A stretch of DNA of 64,000 nucleotides from Epiperipatus broadwayi (lineage: Eukaryota; Animalia; Onychophora): NCBI GenBank assembly GCA_028023455.1, contig JAQFVV010000002.1, positions 13,702,001-13,766,000 of the forward strand, given 5' to 3'. The notes beneath the pieces are model-generated. The model was given only the letters and a program-made list of their open reading frames with translations. It did no database searches and was not told the origin of the DNA. The first letter of the stretch is position 1, and the number at the start of each line of letters is the position of its first letter. Below, piece after piece: positions 38,491 through 52,190 of the stretch. Both the position numbers and the translations under genes were made by a program.

Positions 38491-39249
38491 TTTCACAAAT
38501 TAGAAATCCATGTGAAACAGTAAAAAGGTAATAAAATATGGGAAGGATTTGATTCTGGTACTCAAATACATGATAAACAGCATAGATTGAAATAAATAAA
38601 AATTGCTTAGATCTTTTTTCAATATTTGTCGTATCTTTTTACTATTTTTGGGATAATTGATCAGGAAATGTAACCAATATTTTGTAAAGAACTTAATTAC
38701 AAGAGATTTAAGATTGAAACGTATTTGACTTGATCATTATCATAAAGGAGGATTTATTTTATAATTTATGCCATTATTAAGGTGGCCAGCATTAAAATAT
38801 TCATTAGCAGCCAATGATAGAAGAAAAATTCTCAACAACTTTTAGCTTAGATTGTCATTAATTTGAGAATGTAAACCAATTTAAATAAACATTTTAATAG
38901 TTTTATAAGCAGAAAGGTTGAGTTAGCTGTTGATTGTAACTCACACTCCAATGGGTTGCTGCTGCTTTTAACGTTAAACGATTAAAAAAAAAAAAAAACC
39001 ACAGGAAAGTAATTACTGCAACTAAGTTAGCTGCATACAAAACTGTTATTTTATCTAATTTATTGTATGAAAATGTGACCCCCCCCTATTAACCCTATAA
39101 AAGCATTATAAAAGTTTTACTTTATAAAGGCATTAGAAAATTTTCATTTAAAGGTGTTCCACGAAAAATTCAAAAATTACAATGGAAGCCTGTATTTCAA
39201 TTATTACATAGTAGAGATGTCTGCCCATCCCTTGTATATGTATTAAATG

Positions 39250-39600
39250 GATTTTGACCTGTAAATGAGGGGTCAGATTGACTTTAAGTCAACATGGATG
39301 TGACGAGAATCTCAGCTTCAGGGTGGCCTTTGAGCATTCCATCATCAGATTTTCAATTGGATGGGTGATTGAAGAGTTGGAGGGTGGAGTGGATTGAAGC
39401 CTGTCAATTAAAGTATGAAGATTGGCTAGCTTAATATACATCTGAGGATTTATTGCATATATGTGTATAGATGATAATCTGGACCAACTGATGATTGCTG
39501 GTTTAGCATAAAATACATATATTGGTGATTATTTATCTTTTTCGGCATATATGTGTTCAAGTGTATCAGTGTTATGGGATGGAGTGGAGAGTGGTGGGTC
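39250..39600 (+). mobile_element. Family A PLE end: GIY-YIG C-terminus plus hammerhead copy 4 (39483-39526)
   Basis: QIDFKSTW..RESQLQ; ACCAA CTGATGA TTGCT ggttt AGCAT AAAA TACATAT A TTGGT; homologous to 23500-23870. Confidence 0.75.
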
Positions 39601-40042
39601 ATGTAAAAGTCTATGCTCATATACCCTATATATTAATGGTAAGATGACAAAACAAATCAATATGCGCAATTTGCTAAATGTAATACTATATATAGAGTCC
39701 ACTACTATAGAATCACATCTTCATTGGATTGGATATATAAAATGAATAATAATGGGAAACTTAAACATGGTTTTTGTAGGAGAGATTATTCCCATTTATT
39801 TATTATAAGGGATTATGGTGATTGTTTTTATTGGGTAGAAAAAAGTTTCTTTCTGCTGAAAAAATTAAAAGCCAGCATCACAAAATAACTAATAAATATA
39901 AAAATTGATCAACATTTTCTATATGTGAACATGTTTGAGATTCATAAATTATATAGTCATCATGAAATTCATCTAGAGCAGTTTTTTTAAAATCTTATTT
40001 TCTCACTGCAATTGGAATGACCATATTCATTATCAAGTGGCT

Positions 40043-40989
40043 ATTAAACTACTAAACATCACATGATCACTATCTCATACTAGCACATAATTGTTATTAA
40101 ACAATTCAAAACAAAGCAAAACTCTCCATATAGTAGTGCCATCTTGTGATAACAAGAGCAATCAATGGATGCCAGAAGGCATGTGTATAAAATCCCTATC
40201 TAGTGCCTACTCATCCAATATCCCCAGACTAGTTTCTGGCTTGTAGTCTTCATTAGTGAGGAGCCTTGGATCTGAGAGCATTGCACCTAGATCTTAGGAT
40301 CTAATGCAACCCTCCAGCACCCACCTTTTAACTCTATTTAACTACAAAACTATGAGAATGAAATTGAAAACACAATTAACATTTTCAATCCAAGCTCAAT
40401 AGCTTATATAGTCATATGGGTCTGAACTCAATTCAGCACCCATACATTTTGGTGTGTTTGGCTCTTTTATAACCATAGCCACCACTATCCTATTAGGCAG
40501 GATTGGTGTTAAACCACTAAACATCACATGATCACTATCTCATACTAGCACATAATTATTAAACAATTCAAAACAAAGCAAAACTATCCATATAGTAGTG
40601 CCATCTTGTGCTAACAAAAGCAATCAATGGATGCCAGAAACTAGTCTGGGGATATTGGATGAGTAGGCACTAGATAGGGATTTTATGCACATGCCTTCTG
40701 GCATCCATTGATTGCTCTTGTTAGCACAAGATGGCACCACTATATGGAGAGTTTTGCTTTGTTTTGAATTGTTTAATCTACTCATAACTGTTATTAAAAC
40801 AGGCAAAACTCTCCATACAGTGCTTTCAGATCCAAAGCTCCTAGCTGACAAAGACCACAAGCCAAAAACTAGTCTGGAGATATTGGATGAGTAGGCAATA
40901 GATGGGGGATTTTATGCACAAGCCTTCTGGCATCCATTGATTACTCTGGTTGGCATTAAGTGGCACTACTGTATGGAGAGTTTTGCGTT
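40043..40989. mobile_element. Family B non-coding hammerhead element (465-bp monomer, tandem + inverted), 13-bp TSD
   Basis: TSD ttatcaagtggct at 40030-40042 and 40990-41002; period 40052->40517; hammerhead copies 40221-40262 (-), 40633-40651 (partial, +), ~40838-40880 (+). Confidence 0.88.
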
Positions 40990-41163
40990 TTATCAAGTGG
41001 CTGCTGAATGTGTATGTTAAAATGTGCATTAATGTATTTAAATATAGATATAATGATTTAAATTCATCATGTCAATACTCAGGCTCGCCTCGTTACCATC
41101 ACTCTCTATCCCCTGTCTCTCTCTATATGTATATTGAAGATTTTAATAGGCAAAAGATTTTTT

Positions 41164-41265
41164 ATAGTCAAGCGTTGATGGCTTAGTGGATAGCATTGCT
41201 GCCTTCCAAGCAGCTGGCCTGGGTTCGCTTCCCGATCAACGTATTTGACATATGAAAAAAAAAAA
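41164..41265 (+). mobile_element. tRNA-Gly(TCC)-derived SINE or retro-pseudogene (tRNA body 41172-41243)
   Basis: Acceptor GCGTTGA/TCAACGT, anticodon arm GCTGC-CTTCCAA-GCAGC, but T loop TTCGCTT and T-stem mismatch; A-tail and 12-bp TSD aaaagatttttt. Confidence 0.8.
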
Positions 41266-42072
41266 AAAAGATTTTTTCATAATTTATAGAAATTTTTGAG
41301 AATAATTATGCAGACTATTAAAATATGTAACTATTGACACTTCGGTAAAACAACATTTGTCTTTGATTAAGTAAACGTGTTATTACGTAAATGTTACAAA
41401 GATAAAGTTGTAAAAAATAAATTAAAAATTGTAAAAAGAAGTAGAACGCCTGAAATTACTTAAAATAAAACAAATTAAAGCCACATGTTTTATCCAATCA
41501 AAATAAAAATAATAACAAAGTGAGAATCAAACTTGAGGGGGAGAATGTCGATCCCTCGATTTAAATTTGATAGGATAAAATATCCAGTGGTTTTAATTTC
41601 TATACAGGTGGGTAGTTGTGATATAGTGGAGTTGATTGGAGATATATAGTGATAAAAAAAAACAACTTGAAAATAATTATCTTCATTAAAAATTACTACA
41701 TTCAAAAAACATAATGTTTAAAACCTTTTCTTGGAGTTTTTTAAAATTTTGTTCTAGATAATATAATTACTCTTTTAAGCTGAGAGATCATTGCAGATGA
41801 GTAGATATGGTTTGGTGGGCAGATTGCTAACTTTAAATCTCAGTAGTTTTATCTAGCAGATTCTCATCCAGACTAGATGATATACAATAAAAGTTTGTAA
41901 TTTTTTTTCATCTTACATGCCAACAGAAATAGTCTTGAATGTAAACATGATACCATCTGCAATGAGTATTGAGTGATTAATCAAATTTACAACTGATGGC
42001 TTGGAAATGGAATCTTGAAAGCATTTCTTCTCTTTTATGATAATGTAAACAATTTTCAGAAATTCTAATATA

Positions 42073-42664
42073 TCACATCTCATACTAGTACATAATTGTT
42101 GAAAACAAAGCAAAACTCTTTATACAGTAGTGCCACCCTATGCTAACCAGAGTAATCAATGAATGCCAGAAGGCTTGTGCATAAAATCCCCATCTAGTGC
42201 GTACTCATCCAATATCCCCAGACTGTGCTAGTATGAGATGTGATCATGTGATGTTTAGTGGTTTAACACCAATCCTGCCTAATAAGATAGTAGTGGCTAT
42301 GGTTGTTTAAGAGCCAAAGACACCAAAATGTATGGGTGCTGAATTGAGTTCAGACCCATATGACAATATAAGCTATTGAGCTTAGATTGAAAATATTTGT
42401 GTTTTCAATTTCATTCTCATAGTTTCATAGTAAAGTAGAGTTAAAAGGTGGCTGCTAGAGGGTTGCATTATATCCTAAGATCTAGGTGCAGTGCTCTCAG
42501 ATCCAAGGCTCCTCACTGATGATGGCCACAAGCCAAAAAATAGTCTGGGGATATTGGATGAGCAGACACTAGACAGCGATTTTATGCACAAGCCTTCTGG
42601 CATCCATTGATTACTTTGGTTAGCATAAGGTGGCACTACTGTATGGAGAGTTTTGCCTTTGTTT
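42073..42664. mobile_element. Second family B insertion, 13-bp TSD
   Basis: TSD aaattctaatata at 42060-42072 and 42665-42677; antisense part 42073-42223 then sense monomer. Confidence 0.88.
42510..42551 (+). ncRNA. Minimal type I hammerhead motif, family B
   Basis: TCCTCA CTGATGA TGGC cacaa GCCA AAAA ATAGTC TGGGGA; other copies supply GAAACTAGTC (palindromic stem III, GUC site). Confidence 0.75.
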
Positions 42665-45129
42665 AAATTCTAATATAGATCAATATCTAAGTTTATATGC
42701 TGTTCACAGTTTTAGTAAATCAACCTAAAAAAAGTACAATAGTTTAATAATAACACTTTGAGAGTAGTTTTTAATGCAGAAATCATGAGCCTGTTTTAAC
42801 AGTTATGAAGAGGAATAAGTATTCTAGCACCCAAAGTTAGCTAGATATCTAAATTCTGATTTTCATACACTTGTAGAATATTCTATTAGTTATTGTTCAG
42901 AAGATCATGTGATATTTGAGCCCAAATTACAATAGCTCCATTCAAATGATCAAACTAATTTCAGAAATTTCAAGTCTCATTAAATTAAACTGCTGAAAAA
43001 ATAATTAGAACTTAAAGATCTGAATGATCATTTGTTATATTTTGTTTTAGTCTAAAAAAGCTACCAAAACTATTTAAATTAAATAAATTAGAATATTGAT
43101 TACCGTATATATTTATCAAGTTTTAATTTTAAACATTCATTTAGAAACATATTATATGTAACTTTGTTCAAAAATACATTTTATGCAATCGATGGTAAAT
43201 GTTTACTATTTATTAAATATCTAATGGTGGCAGTGTCATTTGTATGAAAATAAATTTATTTACAAATTAAAATATTTAATTATGTACATGTGTTTAACTG
43301 AGAATATAATTATATGTTACACATTCGTAATTAAATTTTAGATTTGTATGTAAACATTTTCTGATAAAATTGTTATATTTTACAATATCTGCATAATATT
43401 GATCAAGTCAATTTTATAAAAATTAATAATGCACAAATATGAATAATCAAATAAATAATAAAAGGATCACTAAATTTCAAAACACAGTTAGATGATTGTA
43501 ATTATAAGTAAATATAATGAATTCTTCATTTAAAATAACATTAATCGAAATATCAAAGAATTTTTGACAGATTGTATAAAAGTCTAGACTAGCAATCAAA
43601 CATGTACATGATGCATAAGGTTTTTTTTTTTTTCAATATGTGATGTATCAGGTTTGAATGTTATTTACAGCCACCACTATGACTTAATAATTAGCTAAAC
43701 TGAAAATCAAATAATATAAAGGCAAATAAATGACAGTTGGAAGAATATTCTTAAACAACAAATTGATTATTTGAGGTAAATAACTACAAGGTGAATAAAG
43801 ACATTTACATAATGCTAAATAGTTCAGCATTTTAGTTAGGTTAATAAATCTTGGTATCATTACAAAGTATTAAAACCCCATATCATTAGTACTTAGATTA
43901 GATAAATTAAAGAGGATTACAAAGAATACAAAATACTTGGATGGCCTTGGGAGAGTATTTTTAATTGTTGTAGTATAGATGTCATTTTTTATTATAAAAG
44001 TTTGGTATTCTTTTGTCAAAAAAGTTGCTTATTTTTTTGCTAGAACCAGGCTAATATTCCTGTTATTTGAATTGTGAAATGTCCATTGGCAGTAAAATAT
44101 CTGTGGTAAAATAACAAGATATATATTGATATTAAAGAAATTGAGCATCGTGGACTGCATGAAAATGATTGCTTGTAAGAGGGAAAATTCTATCAATGTC
44201 TGGGTATGTAGATTGTTATTTGTGTAGACTATTATAAGTGATAGTTCCGTCTTCATAGTCTAAATCACATAGAAGTAAAAATCAAGACTGCTGCTTGTGT
44301 ATCTGTAAGTTTTGACAAATCCCTTTTAAAATATGACATTAAGAAATAAAGCATAACACTTTGGATCAACAAACTTGAAATCATTCATTAACCTTAATTC
44401 TTTTATTCAAAATATTAGAAATGAAATGAAGTGAGAAGTTCTGCCATACTGTTATGATAATGTGACTTTCTTAGTCTTTAGCAGTTTTGATAATGTGACA
44501 ACAATGAAAATAGAATCAAAATATCCCATTAATAACTTACATTTAATGTGGATTTAGATTTATGAAAATTAAGCTTATTCAGCTGAGAAACATTTAGATT
44601 TTATTTATTGAGGATCTACCCATTCTGCTTATCACACTGATAGATTTGAAAATGGTCTCTGGGTTGATATTCATACTAGTTATTTTTGGTTTTCAAATAT
44701 CACATGACCTTTGACTTACATTTTCGTTATTAACTGATTTTTTTATAAAAAATATATCTTCGAAGAGATTAAAAAATATGGATAGTATCAAAGTTTTTAG
44801 TCAATAGTTTCTGTATAGATTGGGGACATAGATGATTCACTTTCATTTGAAAAATGTAAATAATTGATTCAGTGTCTTTGTGTCATTGACATAGACAGGA
44901 GTAAAAATGCTTTAATCCAAGGAAAACAAAAATATTAGGAACTGGATTGGCAATAAACTTCAACATATACTGTAAGATGTATGGCAACATTTATTTTACG
45001 AGTATACTTAATCTTATTTTTATGCCAATGTTTATTTATATATAGTTTTGTATATTTAAAGTGGTAACTTTATATATATATATATGTAATAACTATACCT
45101 TTGGCAGACTCCAGTGATTGTCTAATGAA

Positions 45130-45960
45130 TTAATTAAATCCTTTCAGTGTGCCATATGAAGTATATTTTTTTTTACATAGAATTCCTTCGACTATCATCA
45201 GTTATCTACTAAAAGGCAGACACCATAAAGCAATCTAATCACATCCATGAATTGTTTTATCTTTTTAAAGATACCTATTTCTTCATTAGGGCTATCTAAC
45301 AATTTTTTTTACTACCTTCCAGTTTTTTAACATACCTTTCATAATTTTTTCAAATACATGGCAAAATTTCAAATATATATCAAAATTTTGATTTTATAAA
45401 TATATACTTCTTTTCAACATATCTATAAATTACTCTTTCAGCATATCAATTTTCATATAAATCCATAACTCTAACTCTCAATCTTTTTTCTTTATTGTTC
45501 AATCTTTGTTTTATGCAAAATTATACATCAATTTTTTTTTTTCCAGATCTAATAAATTATATTAAGCCTTGGCAATTATCATTCTTAAAATCGATTTCTC
45601 AAATATTTAAGATTACTAATCTACTTAAAAACTAATATTATTATTCTTGCATGTATTTCATTACTTCAGTTTTAATTGAATTTATTTCTATTCCATGGCT
45701 AATATTCTTTCTGAAATTACTATTATGACGCAAGTATATTTGAACTCTTCTTCTGACCATATTAATCTTTATCTAATCAAAATTCATTTAGACTAGATTT
45801 CTAATTTACACCTCTCTATATAACTGCTTCTAAAATTTTCATTTATTTTGACTTATATATAAATTTTCAAATTAAAATAATTTATATTTTTCTTCTTCGA
45901 ACTATCACTCAAAGAAACCCACTTTACACTGCCAAATAATGAAATAAATATTAAATTTTT
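45130..45960 (-). mobile_element. Decayed RTE-like LINE RT fragment
   Basis: Minus-strand remnants YLDLEKK (~45545) and FMDVIR..CLL.D (~45200-45250). Confidence 0.5.
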
Positions 45961-46889
45961 ATACTTATTTCTATACATCTTTCAATTATGCATTATTTAT
46001 TTTAAACTTATAAATTAAAAAAAAAAATGTTATCAATCTCATCAAAGGTAATTAGGTACACAAGTTTTTCAGCAGCATTTTTTTTCCTTTTCACCATTTT
46101 TATGTCACCTAGTCTAAACTTTAGTAAATAATAGATGCCAGATGTTAGTGCTTAATAAATCCTATCCAGTGCCTTCCTATTCACTATATGTGACATTAAT
46201 TGCTAAAAAAAAGTGGTGGAAAAAAAATTGCTATTGAAAGGCATTTGTTTAAGCAGGTGTTATAAGGTTTTTTTGGTTTTACATATAATGTTGGCAGTTA
46301 TAAAATATTCTGCTACCACCAATAACAGAAAATTAGAAAAGTATCTGATAATTAAAACAAGACTGGAGATGCAAAAAATAAAGCTGAAATTTATTAAAGA
46401 AATAAACTATAAGTACAATTATTAAAAATTTAAATGTTTTTACAATGTTTTAACAAGGAATTTCTGGAACAATTCAGAGGAAGCATTAGTTTGATCAAAT
46501 GATTAATCTACCATGAATAAATGTCCAGAATCTTATCATTATCTGAGCTTACTTTAGTGGGATGAACTAATTTGTAGCCATGCTAATTTTTGACCAATAA
46601 CACTTTAGAATTATTCCTTTCACACTGATCTGCTAAGTTTACTGATTCATATCTTTTATTATTTTTGCACAGAGGATAAAAAATTGACAATTTAGGTGTG
46701 TGATTTCAAATTCTATAAAATATATCTTACATCCTTTTCCAATTAGATTATTCTCATAAAACTAGGAAAGCACATATTTTTATATTATAGAGTGCCAGGA
46801 AATGGATTACTGAATTTTACATTAATTTCAACAATGGAATTAAGAAAGACATTCAATTAGTTACTGTTCAATTAAGGTGAATATATTCA

Positions 46890-48720
46890 GTTGTGTTCGG
46901 CTAAATTTAAAGGTTCGGTTCCAAACCAACAGACAAATGACAACTACTCAACAATTAATATGTATAAATTTATTAATTACAAAAATATATAGATATGTTA
47001 GTTAATAAAACATATAAATATGGTCTATACAATTTAATGGTGAGCTAGTTGTGCTGAGTAATGGAACTCACTTCCAGCTATAGCTTGCCTCGAGTCAGCT
47101 CTAGTTCAGATTCTTCTGGCTGTGCATGACAACTTTCCTTGAGTCAGCTGTAATTGTAGCAGTGTAGACTTGCCTCGCTGTGTGGACGTTGAGATGACTA
47201 GGAAAAATACCATTGCTGATGACAGATGTTTTATTGGAGAGCATGTTCAGTCATTCAGTTTGACAGAAGTAATTGCTCTCCATTTTGCCTCAAAAGTCTC
47301 TATTTAATGGCAGATCCCTTACCTTACTGGAAACATTCGTATTATGTGCATGAACCTCAATGAAGGATTTATTCCCATTGGATAGTGACTGGGTGCTAGC
47401 CAATCAGGCAAAGAATCTGGAATAGTCCACTTCTAAAGGCAAGGTCAGATATGATATTGCTCTCCCTGGCTAAAATATGCCTGGAGAATGTAGTCATTGA
47501 GATGCACTAGACGATATATTGTCTATTTTGTTGGTGGCTTCCATTCATCAGTGTCCTTGGCTTCTTCACTTAATGAACATATTCCTGGATGTTTGCTGCT
47601 GCCTTGACTTTGATGTTTGTCTTTCCTGCTTGATGTATTTGTCTCAGGTTGGTTACTGCTTTTGTCAGCTTCTGTTGTGTGGCTGAGTCTTAGCTGCTTG
47701 AGATGCAATGATGTTGATGACCATCTTCTGTTTTCACAATGACAGTATACTCCTTAGTTGAGTCACCATTGCTGGTATCCATTTTGTGGACCATAGTACA
47801 TATGGCCTATTACCTATTTGCACTGTTATTTTGCTTTTTCCCTTTTGTTCAAGTTTGGCATCAGGCTTGATAGGATAGTTTGCAGGAATCGGTCGAATAA
47901 CAATTATGCTGGAGACTTCCCTGTTGCTGTACTAGGTGTGGAGTGCTGTGCTAACAGGGTTCTAGCTTCCCATATCCATTTTTGTTATCAGATTTTTTGT
48001 TTCATCTTTAGTACACAAAGCTAGTGTAAGTGATCTGCACTGACAATCAATAGGTCTTACCTCCCCATTTAGTGGAACAATGGATAGGTTGCCTTAAGTG
48101 CAGATCTCTATCTTTATTGAAAACTTCTGAGTACTCAGATTTTATCTTTATTAATTCTGATCTGGCTCACTTTTGTCATTTTAAACCCTATATTACAGAA
48201 CCAGTCATGGCCTATTAAATTACTACGATTGCCTAATGCCATGACCAGTGGTAGGTAAATAGTCTTGTTAGGCATTGCAATTTTCCCTGTTGTTTGGCCC
48301 AACAGTTTAATTTTATTTCCTTGATAGCTCTGATATTGATTTGTTGCTTGGATGCAGTTTATATTTATTTTTATTAATGATCACCCAGGTCATTCTTGAA
48401 ACAATAGACACTGCAGACCAGGGTCCAGTTCCAATCTAACTGGCATATCATTAATTATAACAATGTGTATATAATCCAGATTGGTCATCCTTGATATGAT
48501 TTATACAGGCAACTTGTTTATTTTTCTTATAATTGCCTTTACTTTTTGGAATGGGTTTTTCCATTTTCATATCGGCCATGGCTCTTTTCAATTTTAGACA
48601 TGCTGCCTTTATATATCTGACTCGCAAAATGTCCATGTTGCTATAGTAGTGCAGGCAGTCTGTATGCATGTGCATTTGTTCATTGCATGTATAGCAAAGC
48701 CTTAAACTATTTGATGCCGA
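46890..48720 (-). mobile_element. Internally deleted Ty3/Gypsy remnant
   Basis: Knuckle-like region (~48600-48670), protease-like RLELD..AVSI..NLIGHDW (48450->48200), then integrase C-terminus-like WIPAMVTQ...QLRL (~47900->47690); RT/RNase H not seen. Confidence 0.65.
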
Positions 48721-49477
48721 GTTCTCTCTATAAGTTTATACATATATATGTGCATTTAAGCATACACATAATATCAATTTACTATATATTTTGAGTACTT
48801 TGTTAAAAATTTATTTAACTATAGAATAACATTATAAATAAAAAATTATAAATGTAGTTTTTTTCACTTTGCTTTCAGTTATTTGTTTAATATTTTTTTT
48901 CTTTCTGTAATGTTTTTGCTAGATTTTTAATAAACTTTATATAAACAATATGATGTTTGATTAAAAATTTAATGATTCAAGTTTATTCATAATTTTTAAA
49001 TTTGATTTTGTAGGCAAAAAAAAAAAAATTAAGTATTGGAACATTTTAACAAAAAAAAAAATCAATGGTGGGAAAACTGTGGCACAAGCTGCATCCCAAA
49101 GCTACTCTATATGGCTCCCAAGACAATAAAAATATCGGTTTTCATTGACATTTTTTTTAATTCTTTAAAGTAATAATCTGTTGTATTATGTATCAATATT
49201 AGAATATTTTATTTTGCAATTGCTTTAAAGATAAGTAAAAAAATAAATATTTTGAAACTTTAAATATCAATTTTATTATTGTATTGGTTGGTAAAAAATA
49301 TTCGACAATTGATGACTTGTGAAGTTCCACAAAAATTAGTTCTAAAAGTGAATATTACGGCTTCAAAAACGTATTACATGTGGCTCTTATTTATTAAAAA
49401 ATTTGCCCATATTGGATATAAATTCTTGTCAATTAAATTTGAAGAAACCCATTTTATAAGATGAAAAAAAAAAGCGA

Positions 49478-49560
49478 GTGTTTCCCCGAAAATAAGCGCT
49501 AAAACAAAATGTAAACCTTAGTTTGTTTTTTTAGGATGCTTATGATATAAGCCCTTGTTA
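49478..49560 (+). mobile_element. Possible pogo-type transposon terminus
   Basis: gtgtttccccgaaaataagc resembles pogo-family TIRs; partner end not found. Confidence 0.35.
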
Positions 49561-51479
49561 AGATTGTCAGCCCCCTTGTAATATATTGAATTATGAAGTA
49601 ATGAATGTATAAATAACAATATTATTGACATTAATGCTTTAAACAAATGGCAAAATAAATTATATGGTTATGTATTTTTCTGTTGATCATTTTCGACAAA
49701 CTTAATTCTATCTGTATAGAGAAACAATTTCTCCTTGGCCGAAAATTGGATTTAATGTAGCCAATTTAGTGATTTTATGAATGATTTAACAAACTTAAAA
49801 TTTTTTCTATCACAAGCCAGTACATCAGACAATTTATAAATTTTTAGGTTCTTATTTTATTTATATTTGATACTTAGACATGGTAGCTTTTAAATATTTA
49901 AGATAAAAAAAAAAAAAAGTAAGTTTGATTTCTTAAACATTTTTTTTTTCATTTTAGATTATTAAATAGCAAAAGGGATTGTAATAATTAGTTTAGTTTA
50001 AGTTAAAATATCTATCTTTCTCCTAAAGAAGTTTTTGAAAAGAATATCCAAGCAGGGACAAATACGAGTAATTTGGAGTTTACAATGTGCACTTAATAAT
50101 GGATGGACATGGTTGCATCATATATGATTTATCATAATGTAATACATCCATGTGTTATAACAGACACTTAATATGCAATTGTGAAATACAGATACATTTT
50201 CTGAATTTTTTTGCTTTTGTATGGTTCTTTAATCACTTTTATAACCACTCTTGTCTCACAAGTCTTCAATTAACATTTGATTTAATGGTAAAGTTTAAAT
50301 GGGATATTCTGATCTCCATATAAGTGTAAAAAAAAAAAAGGAATTATGGAGGACTTCCAGGATAAAAATCTTCCAGATTTCTGTAAAGAGAAATACTTAA
50401 ATAAATGTTTATTTTTGTGCTTGGATAAATATAGATTTTTGTACTGGAGAAAATAAGTACTAGTGTTTTTTGAAGTAAAAATTAACATAAGATCTGATCT
50501 TATTTTCAAGGAATCATAGTCATCATTATATTTTGGGAATGAACAAGAGGAACTTTTATGCCTGATAAGTTTTGTATCCCCCCAACCCTTTTCCCCATGA
50601 TTTTATTTTCAATATAATTATTTAAAAATGTAAGTAATTTCTTTTACTTTTATGTTATAAATTTTTTTTTAGTTTCCAAAATAAAATTTGAAAAAAGATA
50701 GTAATCTCCAGATCAAATTCAAAGGAAAAGTAATCATTTTAGTTATAGAAACAATTTAAATAACTAAAAAACATTAATGTAAATGCAGAATTTTGTATTA
50801 AGAAACTGTCATTTTGTTATACTAATTTTTGAATTCATTATTATTAATAAATCCATTCTTAATAAAATTTCAAACTCCTTTTAGCATTACATTTTTGGAG
50901 AAACAAGACTATTTTCATCATCATCAGATATTTGCAAACAAGTATGGCCATTCCAATCCCCTCCCTCCCCCCAAAAAAAACAACAACAAAACAAACAAAC
51001 TATAGATGAGTCTTGCAATGACTACGAACCAATCAATGAAACACAAATAGATCCTATATATAAAGTGCTGGTTCACTAATTTTGTTTATTTATCTTGCAA
51101 CACTATTTTTTAACTTTAGCAAACTTTTCTTTCTTAAAGATTTCAACATCTTGCCTAATTTTGGCTCTCTATTGTATTCTATCTTTAGACATATCTTAAT
51201 AAAAGCAATCAATATCATGTTTCTTGAGATAAAGTTTATAATGTACATGGGAACTATCTATTCCATGGAAAAAATATTCAAATTCACCCATGAAATAATT
51301 TTTCAGAAAGTTTGTTACCATTCATTCACTTTACATATTCAATCCAAAGAAGACTTGATTTCAAATAGTTTATTGTATCATATCCAGAAAAACCGAATAA
51401 CATATTGGTCTCAATTTTGCTTTTATAGTTTTAGAATTTTATAAAGCTTCTTTAAATGACCCCCTCCCCCCATGCTTAT

Positions 51480-52190
51480 ATGTTAAGTCATCAGGAGCCC
51501 AAACAATAAATTGAGTAAAATAATTCTATCATCGTCAGCTTTTAGAACTATTGCCTTATCATCGCAGCTGTATAATTCTACCTTCAGCAATTCATTTTAT
51601 ATCTACTTATAAAAAAACATTTCATTTCACTGATCACATTTTGAAGATAGGATATTTTTCGTTTACGTCTTAATCCTCTCCTAAAATCTTGCCTTCCAAT
51701 ATATTTTGTAAAAACCTATCATGTTTTAAAATATATCCCAAAACTTAAACTTTCTCATTTTTATTCTTTTCCCTTGAACATTAGTTTTCTTTTTCATCCA
51801 AGTTGTTTTAGTTAATCTTCTCCAAAGCCGCATTTCCATTCCTTTCAATCTTTTTTTTGTCGTTCCCCAAGAACTGTCTCATAACCATATAGTAATATAT
51901 TCCAAATGAAGGTTTTAACAAATTTCAATTTTTTTGTATGGATGTTTTTACTTAGTAGTAAGATTTTTATTTTGAAAAGCATGTTTTGCTAACATTGTTC
52001 ACTTTTTAATTTCCACAAAAAAACCATTATCATCACAAATCATACTCCTTAGATAATAAAATCCTTAATTTGTTTTGAACATATATTATTTATTTGCATG
52101 TCAATCAGTCTTTTTATCTTCGACTATTATCCTAGTCTTATTAATATTTATCTTTAATTTAAAATACTCTATAAGTATTTTCCTGAAGGT
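51480..52190 (-). mobile_element. RTE-clade LINE 3' fragment
   Basis: FYYLRSMICDD..EIKK..LAKHAF..FIWNILLYGYET..RL..MEMRLWRR. Confidence 0.8.

Noticed and set aside
41172-41243. Functional tRNA-Gly(TCC) gene
   Set aside because: T-loop and T-stem defects, A-tail and TSD, and SINE-shared leader and tail indicate a retroposed copy.
50905-50930. Minus-strand CTGATGA-TGAT-GAAA-ATAGTC
   Set aside because: No stem II or stem I; likely chance within a (CAT)n run.
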